The position numbers and the translations under genes were made by a program. A stretch of 64,000 nt of DNA, from assembly GCA_963924565.1 (NCBI GenBank), contig OZ004610.1, positions 806,001 to 870,000 on the forward strand, written 5' to 3'. This DNA comes from Ascidiella aspersa (lineage: Eukaryota). The notes under the pieces were generated by a model that saw nothing but the letters and a program-made list of their open reading frames with translations, was not told where the DNA came from and made no database searches. Shown piece by piece: positions 25,640 through 35,700 of this stretch; the stretch's first letter is position 1; each line of letters starts with the position of its first letter.

Positions 25640-25858
25640 GTCAACGAGGGCAAGCTGGAAGTGTGCCAGCTGGTTGGTTTTCTGCACAACGTTGCATCAG
25701 GAATGCAGTACTTGTCTGACATGGGATACGTGCATAGGGATCTTGCAGCCCGCAATGTACTCGTCAACTCGCAACTTGTGTGCAAAGTGTCAGACTTCGG
25801 ACTCAGTCGAGTTTTGGAAGAAGTTGGTGAAGAAGAAGTGGCGATGTACACAACAAGG
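25640..25858 (+). CDS. Eph: Eph gene 1 exon 16: kinase ...[13 protein letters not shown]...[25 protein letters not shown]
   Basis: cacag| acceptor, |gtgagt donor; HRD, DFG and activation-loop Tyr intact. Confidence 0.98.
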
Positions 25859-26144
25859 GTGAGTTTGTTATCTTGTCAAAAACAAGGTTTTTCTTGTGCC
25901 GTACAAGTATTCAAAAAGTTAAATTGAATAAGTTTTTGTTTTCAAGTTTGAACTGCTTAACTTCTATATTGGCATTGGTATATTTTACTTTTAAGCACAA
26001 CTTCAAGCCATCATGCTTTAAACTTAAGTTTTTATGTTAATAAAGTTCTAAAACAAAGCGGCACGCAGGAGCTTAATTGCAACTTTCAGTAACAACATGT
26101 TGCTTCGTTTTCACCCTTATAACCTCGATAATTATTTTACCCAG

Positions 26145-26294
26145 GGTGGTATGATCCCCATCCGATGGACAGCCCCCGAAGCAATCACCCAACGAACATT
26201 CAGCTCATCCAGTGACGTATGGAGTTACGGTATTATGACGTGGGAGGTTCTCTCATACGGGGAAAGACCATACTGGGAGATGTCAAATCAAGAT
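26145..26294 (+). CDS. Eph: Eph gene 1 exon 17: kinase [14 protein letters not shown]...[26 protein letters not shown]
   Basis: cccag| acceptor, |gtgagt donor; 150 nt. Confidence 0.98.
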
Positions 26295-26732
26295 GTGAGT
26301 AAAATTAAATTACAAATACTATTGTTGTCTTTATTTTTGTTTTTTTATTATTTGTATAATATTGTTTTGTGAGTTTTACTAGCAAAACTGTCCTGTATTT
26401 AAAACCTGCTTGGTTTTATACGCTGTTAAAAAAACTGACTAGCTTGGTGCACTTTAAAGAGAGCTACTTAGCAAAAAGAAGGATTTGTTTTAGAAAAATG
26501 GCGGAAGTTTTTAGTAAAAAAAAAAAAAGTTTTTAGTAAAAACTGCCACATTTATTTATTTATTTATGGATGTTTAGCCCTACAAAAAATCATTTCAAAG
26601 ATATAAAAATTGTCTATCATAACTTGTTTTTTTTACAAGTCGGTAAATTACCTGTAAGTTTCTTCGAAAACCTTTCTTATTTATTTTTTTAATAGCCAGC
26701 AAATTTAACCAACCATTTATTCCCATGCTTAG

Positions 26733-26920
26733 GTGGTTCACTTCGTTGAGTGCGGTTACCGTCTACCCTCCCCCTGCTACTGCCCCCGCATACTGCACCA
26801 CCTCATGCTCGACTGCTGGAACCAGGACCGCGCCAGGAGGCCCACATTCCAACACTTGGTGTCGCAACTTGACCGCTTCCTCAGTGACGTAGTTTGTCTC
26901 AACGACACGATGAACAACAG
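26733..26920 (+). CDS. Eph: Eph gene 1 exon 18: kinase C-terminus VVHFVECGYRLPSP...LMLDCWNQDRARRPTF...
   Basis: cttag| acceptor, AG|gtgagt donor. Confidence 0.97.
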
Positions 26921-27270
26921 GTGAGTGACAACAAAGTTTGCGCGTTATTTAAATAGTTTAAGATTTATAAACACCTTAGTAACAAAGTGTTTATGAGAAA
27001 ATGCCAAAAATAGAAAAATTATCCTCCGGTAATACTAGTTCGAATTAAGTTAGTATTGCCTTCAAGTAAAATTCATTTTTGATTAAGTTTTGTCCTGAAA
27101 TTAATCTTTATTTCGACGTTTATTAACATTTTTTACTTTATACAAAAAAATTGAAGTAGTTAATTTGGAAAACTGCAATTTTTAAACTATTTTTCTTATT
27201 ATTTACCATATTTACAAAACCATTATTTTTTACACATAAGGCAACTTCTAACTTTATATTTCCTCTCCAG

Positions 27271-27423
27271 ATCATTCCGTGACCAGGACGACTGCATCCC
27301 AGAAATCCTAGACCTTTCATCCCTGGGCCAGTGGCTTGATCAGATGAGACTTCTTCAACATAAATCCACCATGTTAAGACACGGATGCGTCACTGCTGAG
27401 CAGATCATGAGGCTAAACCAACG
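27271..27423 (+). CDS. Eph: Eph gene 1 exon 19: SAM N-half ...SLGQWLDQMRLLQHKSTMLRHGCVTAEQIMRLNQ
   Basis: ctccag| acceptor, CG|gtgaga donor; SAM W-L-x-x-hydrophobic pattern. Confidence 0.9.
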
Positions 27424-28010
27424 GTGAGATTATTTGTCGATTTGGAAATAATGAAATTCGTCAGTAAAAGGCCTTAGGAAATAAATTTCTATATTTTGTC
27501 GTTATTTAAACATTATTTTAAAAAAATTATAAATTCGGCTATTTTTTTTTACCAACGGTAAGATTATTTTTCGTTGTGCGAATGAAATTCGTCATTAAAT
27601 TGCGGATTGCCGGAGAAAGTTGTCTTCAGGTTTTTTTTTAAGATTTGGTTTGGGTGACCGCTAAGTAGTTTTAAGAGACCGCAAGTGTTTTATTTAAATA
27701 CCAAAAAGTTGCAAGTCCAAAATTTGGGAAACCGCTGGATAAATTTGGGGAACTGTTTCGGTCCCCCAAAACACCTTAAAAAAACACTGGTTGTCTTTAT
27801 CTTGTTACTAAGAATTTAAACTTTATTTTAAAGAAGATATGTAAAAAATCTTCTATTTTTCCACAAAACGTTTCTCAAATATGATGTTTAATGCCGCGTG
27901 TTTCCAAAAAATTGCACACGAGTTCCTAAAATTAAAATTGTTGCAAAAGAACGCTTTTTTTCGTCTCTAATAACAATATAAAATTTTACCGTTATTTCTT
28001 TCACTTTTAG

Positions 28011-28125
28011 TGAACTTGAGAACATGGGAGTAGAAAATCCCGAAGAAGTGCAGCTCATTTTGCACGAGGCCCAACTCTTACGTCACAAAATAGAGGAAGT
28101 AAACCAGATGGGAGTGGCTGTGTGA
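28011..28125 (+). CDS. Eph: Eph gene 1 exon 20 (last): SAM C-half and PDZ-binding tail ELENMGVENPEEVQLILHEAQLLRHKIEEVNQMGVAV*
   Basis: ttttag| acceptor, TGA at 28123-28125; ends in the hydrophobic V-A-V motif. Confidence 0.9.
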
Positions 28126-29110
28126 GATGGCGCCACCCAACGGAAGCTTGCAAGCGTGTTGGAACCCGCACGAGGCGTCAGAGAGCCGGCAAAGGAGCTG
28201 CTTGGCGAGGATCGAAGACTAAGGGTCGCTCACCTCACTACACTGTGTTCGCGTCACGTGCGTTCGAAACCATTGTCACAATCGCGCGATTCTTTTTTAG
28301 TTCCCGCTGTTTTACACGTCAATCAAATTTTTGAAAAAACTTTTTTTTTCAAATTTTACAACAAAAGAGTCGCGTTATCAATTATGACATCACACCTTTT
28401 TTGTCTTTTTCTTGTGTTTATCACTTTTATTTTTTGCGCCTTTCCACTGTTTAACCACGTGTGTACTATTTTCACCTGTTTTTACTTTTTCTTTCATTTA
28501 ATCCAAAGCCTTTCGATGAAATCCATCGCACATGCTTGTACCGCTGACGTTATTTTGCAAGTCGGTACGTCCTGGTTAGCGGGAGTTACACGTGTTCAAT
28601 GATCGTGACCGCCACATTTAAACGTGCTTTGGTCGAATTCTAACAAGTGATAAAACTTAATAAAATAATTCGACTTGCAAAGTTGTAAAGTACGACATCA
28701 ACTTCATGAATTTTTGGCTGCTCTAAATTTTTATATTTGCATCCAACTTTTAGTGAGTGTTCATGCCAGTGGCGAGAAAAAATCCCGAATCTTTTTTACT
28801 TTTGCGTTACTTTGTTTCTTCAATCGCGTTGCTACTATTTTTCTCATAAAATCACCAAGTACCTATTATTACCAGGGCTCTATCTGTGTTTTAGGGTAAT
28901 ATGTCGATTTACCCTCGCCTGGGTGTGTTATAACCCCCTAAACACCCCTTTTCACCCCCACATACCTATCTCACCCTATTACACACGTAAATACATGATT
29001 ATTTCACATCCAGTAAGCCCTTTTTTACTTTTACAAGTGTTTTTCTTTATATATACGTGTTTTGGCGTTTGTATGACATCGCCTGTTTTTCTATAAATTG
29101 TGTGAAAAGA

Positions 29111-29116
29111 AATAAA
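29111..29116 (+). terminator. Probable polyadenylation signal of Eph gene 1 (alternative AATAAA at 28659-28664)
   Basis: AATAAA about 1 kb after the stop, following a T-rich 3'UTR-like stretch and with GT/T-rich sequence downstream. Confidence 0.45.
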
Positions 29117-29751
29117 ACCTTTTTCGATAACGAATTAAGTTGATCATTTACTGTGTTCGTATTAGTTTATTGTGCTTTGACTAGATACGATAAACTCTTT
29201 TAGTAGACAGCACAAGGACTAGATTACTAAGAAGGGTAAAGATAGGTTAATAGTTAATTATGCTGATAATACGTCCAAGTAAATGATTCAATAGACCAGT
29301 GGTTCACAACCTTTGTGGCAAACTGTACCCCCCAAAATAAACAGATTGTGTCACTCCTTATAGATTCGCCCTCTTGTCATCGACCAGTTAACTAAGAAGT
29401 TGAAAGGCTGGGAAGCCAAACGTTTTATTCATAGATACGAGCCTATGAATTTTCAAACTTTATTACCGAGAAAAATTAGATCTGAAAAAAAAAATCTTTT
29501 TGCAATAAAGTCCGATAGCAAAATTAATTTTTTCAGCATGTTTCGGACAATTTTGTTAGGCTTTTAATATTTTCTAGATATAAATCTTAATATGGGGTGA
29601 TTTGGTAATAATAGTTTTGCTCATACATTTTGTATATAATGCAACTGCTGTGAAAATACAAAAAATAAAGAAGGTCCACCATGACTTTTAAATGGAAGCT
29701 TAGAAACCAAGTCTGAGCGGCTCAAGTTAAACGGATGTGCAATGCAAACAG

Positions 29752-30890
29752 CTCAAATATTTCCCATCCAATACAGTTCATTTAGTTTACTCCGGTAGCG
29801 CGGATGTGAACAAACATCCTGTGAGATGCAAAGCTTAACAACAAACCCTGTGTTTGCAATCCGGACAGCAAAGAGGTGTCAAATCAATTCCAGCCTTTTA
29901 CGAAGTTAATGTGGCCTAAAAAGTGACCATTCACCTTCTTTCTAAACACTTATTGCAGTGCAACAATTGCATACTGAAGGCTTAAAACATAGTAAACGAC
30001 TGATTTTCTGCGTCTATGTAAATATATATAGGTAACAGGGTTTAAAAAAGTTCATCAAAACAGCCAAAAACATTGACATCGAACTATAAGATTTAGCCTA
30101 CTGGTATTGCCAAGAATAAAAAATGTGAAAAAAAGTTAACTGAAAACCAAACGATTTTTCGAGACTGTGATTTATATACAATGCTGCACAAATACAAAAA
30201 AAGAAGAGACCAACCAATTACGGCTTGTAGTGCAAATATTGCAGTTGGGGTTAAAGAATATTGAAACAGAGCGGACACTTTGGCTTTGGGATTTATAAAG
30301 TCGCTGGGCACATATGCTTCAACACCTGGACAACTTACTGCCGATGGGAAACGCTGGTTATGTGTTCTGTATGATATGTCTACCATATAAACATACGCGC
30401 GTATCTATTGTACAATTGTGTTTCCAGGAAAATTTTATTAAAGTGCCAACGTTTTGACCTCCTATTGGGGCAAATATAATTATATTTGCCACACCTAGAA
30501 ACGTGGTTCATGTTGTTTTTCTTTCTTTTATTGTTTGTTTGGCATATATATATATATATATGTTTTCGCCTATAGTTGCAATTATATTGGCCTGAAGAAG
30601 GAGATTGCCCGAAAAGATAGTTGAAACATTGGTACTTAAATAAAATTTTGCCGGAAGAACAATTGTACAATTGAAACATTGCCTGGCAGCAACAGCATGT
30701 TCATGTTCATACGTGCGTGTAGCTATAATCCATGTAGAATAATTTTAAAAGCGTAAGAACCTCAAATATTGCTGGAATGCGTGACGTCACTTACAAAAGT
30801 CCAGTTCCTCCAGTTTACTCAGGTAGCGTGGATATGGACAATATTCTGTGAAATATAAAGCTAACGACGTCATGTGTTTAAATCCAAACT
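29752..30890 (+). repeat. Diverged direct repeat pair of about 110 bp (29752-29866 and 30761-30890) in the intergenic region
   Basis: Shared blocks CTCAAATATT, AGTTTACTC(C/A)GGTAGCG(C/T)GGAT, CTGTGA.AT..AAAGCT, TGTGTTT...AATCC. Confidence 0.7.
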
Positions 30891-32541
30891 GTTGAGTTGT
30901 TTTTATGTGTTGTACTGTGTTGTTTAGGATTGTTGTGCAACCTTCATGACGTATTCTTGTGCTTGTATATAAGCGCGAGTCTCACAGGAGAGCTTTTACA
31001 CCAGAAGAGCGATTTCTGTCGTTTCATTACTTGTGTTCTAATACGTCGTGGTGTTTTAAGCGCGACTCCACCTTACCAGTTAATAGTAAACAAACCAGCA
31101 AAAAGGTGCCGAATGAACGCTTGTTTTGTGACAAACTAGGCCAGTTTACTGGGCGTTTTGAAAAGCAGTCTACTTTTCATCCCTTTTAGCACCCTTGACA
31201 ATAAATTGCTTAAATGTAATAAAAATATCCTTTTGTGTTTTTTAAGCTACACCACAATCATAGTTGGCCTTCACTTCTTGAATAAGTTTAACTTGAACAT
31301 TACTAGAGCCTTGTAAATGAGTCTGATCCAGCAGTGTGGATGTGGAAACAGCTTATTAGACGCCGAAATAACGCCAGTGATTTAATTTTAGTAAATCTTA
31401 CTGCAAATATGAGTACTTTAGAAATAATAGAATTTTAACCAATTTGTATTCGTTTTTCATTTTTCTAAAAAAAACTTCGTATGTGTTTCGATAAAACCTT
31501 TGCGTTTACGAGAGAATACTCAACGAACTGACATAAACTTACGAAATTAAATCTTTAGAGTAGCCACCAGGGCTGCTAAAGAGCAACTTTTTCCCGCCGT
31601 AATTTCGATGAAAAGTTTCGAGGAATGCGACGAAAAAAATGCGCGAGAAAAAAGCGATTCTAGCTTCGTGTGGTGAGTTGTGCAAATGCTGCAGTTCAAG
31701 TGAAGTGCTTTGCTTCTTCTAGTAGGCTGGGTTTTGATCAGTAGTAAGGAATCCATTCGATAGTCGTTTCTGATAGAGGCTTTATTTGTTTTGATAGACA
31801 GCTTGTGTTAAGTTCTAGCCTTGTTTGTCTAGGTAAAAACTGTGAATTCGGTATCACTGTTAAAAGACAATTTATGAAATCAAAACCTGACGCGCTAATG
31901 TGCTTTAACAGGTCAACTTAAGAATAAAGGCATTTTAAATCAATGGAAGACGAAAGGTCGAAAGATATGCAGAAGCTTAATATTAAATTGAACTTTTTCT
32001 TTTAAGTTTCAACAGTTACATACTTCTTCACAAATGAGTTTGAAGTATCGGGGCTGTAAGGTTAGCCTGAACGACGAAAAGGCAACTTGTCCGACAGTTT
32101 ATGGAGAGTAATAACATTTGCGACAGAAAGGTTAGGTTCATTTTGATCCATCGCAGATTATTTGGTGGAGATATGTTCGGATATCGCCAATGAAATAGCA
32201 GAAAATAACAGTTAACAATTGGCCTGATCAAGTTATGTACATTTTTCCAATGTTTTGTAACGTTTTTGTTTTTACTTAAATTAGTTTGCCGTTGCCACTT
32301 TAAACTCAAACTTCACAATACTCGTGTAACCCCAAACGTAAGGCATGTAATTTGAGTTGAATTGACATAAGCATTTTTCAAAAGGGAACTATTGTTGCGC
32401 CATTATGACGACACACACACAAACATAGACAGTGGTAATTATTAACTTGCACTTTACTCACAGCCAGGAGATTGTAGAAATCACTTGGGAGACTTTGTGG
32501 TTTAAGCAGCCGACTCCCAGTCTGCCAACGTCTCTGTGCCA

Positions 32542-32549
32542 TTTATATA
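32542..32549 (+). promoter_or_regulatory. Possible TATA box of Eph gene 2
   Basis: TTTATATA about 175 nt upstream of the ATG, at the start of a GC-richer leader. Motif match only. Confidence 0.25.
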
Positions 32550-32719
32550 GCGGCAATTTACCGGCGCTTCGCAAACTAAAAACGTCGCGACACAACATTA
32601 AACAAAGGAGCGTCGCCGACATCACTGTTACGTCACAGAAGTGAGCGCCGCGGGAGACAGTGGATTAGAATTTTTGCAGGGGATTTTATGCATCGCTGAA
32701 GACAACAGAAGGATAGAAA

Positions 32720-32789
32720 ATGTTGCCCGGTGCGAATTTAGCCTTGCTTGTACTGCTGGCTACAATTGGACTTATCGTTGGAAAAGAAG
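32720..32789 (+). CDS. Eph: Eph gene 2 exon 1: signal peptide MLPGANLALLVLLATIGLIVGKE
   Basis: ATG at 32720, hydrophobic core, perfect G|gtaagt phase-1 donor compatible with exon 2. Confidence 0.85.
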
Positions 32790-35700
32790 GTAAGTCAAAC
32801 TTGTAATTTGTTTTCGAGGTTTGGTTGTAAACTCCTCATTAAAATCGTCCGATTTGTGTTTATTTAACGTGTAAAGTTCGCCTTAAAATGGTCAAATGTG
32901 TTTATTCAACATATAGTTTGTGTGATTCCCTTTGGAACTTACAAACCTGGCTTTTTAGTTGTTTTCGGACAACTTATATGCCATGTTGCTTTTTCGTCGT
33001 TTTTAAGAGTGATAAACTATCTACAGTTCAAGTTAAAGATGTGCGAATTGTTACTTGTCGGATTACAAAGGTTTCTACTTGGCCAATTGTGATTGAATGC
33101 TTAATTTTAAACCTGAATTATAACACAATTGAGCGCCGGTCAGGTTAACACATCTCGTGGTCGGTTTAATTTCATCGGCGGGCCTGCAGTTCCCTTTTCC
33201 CCGCAAATTTTACTCGCCACACAACAACGTTTCGTCTGCTTTGTAATTGTCGGTTGCATCGCTACAAGTGCCCGAGGCGAAATAGTTGAAAAGCGACCGA
33301 CAATTTCAGTTTTGATCCATCCGGGAACGATTGGCCAGTTTTAACGGCCCTTTATAATTGCAAGGTTTCATTTTGACCGAAATTCAGTGATTTTATGTAA
33401 TTTAACTACTCCCTAATCAAATGTATACAGCTATTTCCAAAGCAAAATCATTTTTCGCCGCTTTTGAACTTTTTTCATACTTTAATTAATATTTTAAAAA
33501 GAGTGCCGGCACTGAGAACAGGCTAGTTCTTGCAACCGCCCTGTGATTGTAATTGCGTGTTTTCCGACGTCGCACTTTGCTTGTGCGGTTATGTAAAGGT
33601 CACAACCGGGATACACACCTGGTTCTGCTGGCAAATTATTAGCTTCTGCTTGAAAGTTTGTATACAGTACGCCACGTTTGGCCAAAATACCTTTTTGCTC
33701 AGATCACTCTACCAAAAGCACCATACGATGTTTAAAAAGACATTGGCTTGTTCGAAACGTTTGCACGGCATTATCGTATTGTTTAAGAGCTTTGTTAAAT
33801 ATTACAACCTTTAGACATTATGACGTTGTAATGCTCATTGTGGTATTGGAACACTCGTACAATGTACCCTAACTCTGTGCGTTTGAACCATTTTTTCTAC
33901 TTTTTTTTCTATTTATGGAAAAGAGTTGGTCGTCATTACTATACCTCGTCTAGTTCATTAACCCCCACGCGGTAAAGTATAGCTGTTATGTCCAAAGTAG
34001 GATTGTATCACGTTGCTTACGCAGCGTAAAGCCTCAGGAAATGACTGGTAATAAGGGATTGGCGGAAAACCTGGTGATTCTAGTGGAAACAGGGTCATAT
34101 ATCGGAAACCTTTGGTTGACACACGAGTCTATGTTTACCCTTAGCTGATGAATCACTACCACAGCCCCAAGAACTCAGACCAGTTTTAGACTAATCAAAT
34201 TAAAATACCACCTTTAGATACTGGCCGTTGCCGCAAACCAAGGCTTCATTAAAGGTTTTGAAAACATTCGAGTGTTAACCATCTTGGTAAGAACTTAACT
34301 TAAAGGGGGTTTATGATATTAAAAGGCTCCAACAACGCCCCAAACCCCATGACTACCCTATTAAATGTCATGATTCACACACAAACATGTGTTGTACAAT
34401 ACGCCTACATACATCACTCAGTCATGCAAGGTGCAGGTATGAGTTGGCACGTTCACCTTTGACCCACTGAGGTGTCGGGTTACCAGCAGCTAACACCAAA
34501 CTCGTCAGTCGTGTAGTTTAACACAGAGAGCTCGTAAAACACAGTTTTACCATGTTCCCTTTTGTAAATCTTCCTGGCATAAAATCCTGGAAATACAAAA
34601 AAACACGTCAGGCCCAGTTCTGTTTACAAAGTAATTTTTTTTTTTAAAGTATGTCCGAAATATACTTGATGCAAAGTCTTATTATCGGTGCCGATCCGAT
34701 ACCTGATTAATTTACGCAATTCAGCCATGGTTTTACAACCCATGTTGAGTCACCAAGTTAAACCAGACAACTTTGTCAGCCTGCAATTTGTTGCTAAACC
34801 TTATAAAACCGTGCTGGTTTCATACGGTATTAAATGTATTGGTAGACGTTATTTGGAACGTCTAGATAGAATAATTGATAATCGCCTATATATTACGATT
34901 TTGCTTTAATATGAATACAAAGCTGGTTTTGCAATCCCCTTAAAACGTGTAATGTCAGCAAAGATATGTTTTAATGGAATGAAAACGCATTTGTCATTGC
35001 GAGTGAAACGAAGACAGCAGCAATACGCCACTGCTCATTGCGTATTAAAAAAATAAGGGTTAAAATTTTGTTTGTCTTTCGTATTTTATCAATTCTATAA
35101 TCGCTAATTGTTGCAAGAATCGCGTACAAACCTGCATTTGTGCTTCGTTTAGCAAATAATAACTTCGATATTTCCGCTCTGAAAATATTACGGATAACAC
35201 AATCCCGCAAACTTAAGTTGGATTTGAGCCAGGTTTTGCCTCAATGTTGAGAGCCGATTTTCATCGCTAGCTTATCGAGTCACTGAAATTGAGTAGATTG
35301 CGAAGGGTCTGTTGCACACCAGATATAATGCGGCCCTAGTTCGGTAAAACGTTGCCGACGAAAATCTAACCAGGTTTTTTTTTCTCCCGTTTAATGTCGT
35401 GCTTGTGGTGAGCGGTTATGAACTGGTACTTTACATGGTCTTGACCCGCCCCTAGGGCAGAAAATATTGGGTATTTTTGACTTTATTGGCGTCTAAATAT
35501 TTTAAGTCCATTTGTCTAAAAGTATAAATTTTTTTAAATTTGATTGTAGATTTACCTTGTACTGGTCAAATTCGTTAATGAAACTTTACTTGGTGTTGAG
35601 TAGCCTCTAAAACAGGGTATATTACGTATTTTAGGCGTTTTTCTGCTCTTGTAAGTTGCCAGTGGCCTACCTTTAACCTGTGAAAATCTTTACTTTTTGT

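Larger units (their letters stand above)
1790..28125 (+). other. Eph: Eph receptor tyrosine kinase gene 1, complete coding span (20 exons, 3033 nt CDS, 1010 aa)
   Basis: Hand-spliced exons join in frame through GT-AG introns with consistent phases. Domain order is SP-LBD-sushi-EGF-FN3-FN3-TM-kinase-SAM-PDZ motif. Hallmark motifs: [44 protein letters not shown]. Confidence 0.96.

Noticed and set aside
24669-28000. Shared ACCGTTATTTCTT before the acceptors of exons 15 and 20
   Set aside because: Only two exact instances in pyrimidine-rich context; could be chance.
28122-29096. ORFs of 148 aa and 119 aa downstream of the gene 1 stop
   Set aside because: They lie in the T-rich 3'UTR, and their Phe-rich composition reflects base bias.
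30586-30640. CTGAAGAAGG...CCCGAAA hammerhead-like core
   Set aside because: No stem III/NUH and no stem I complement after GAAA; at best a degenerate relic.
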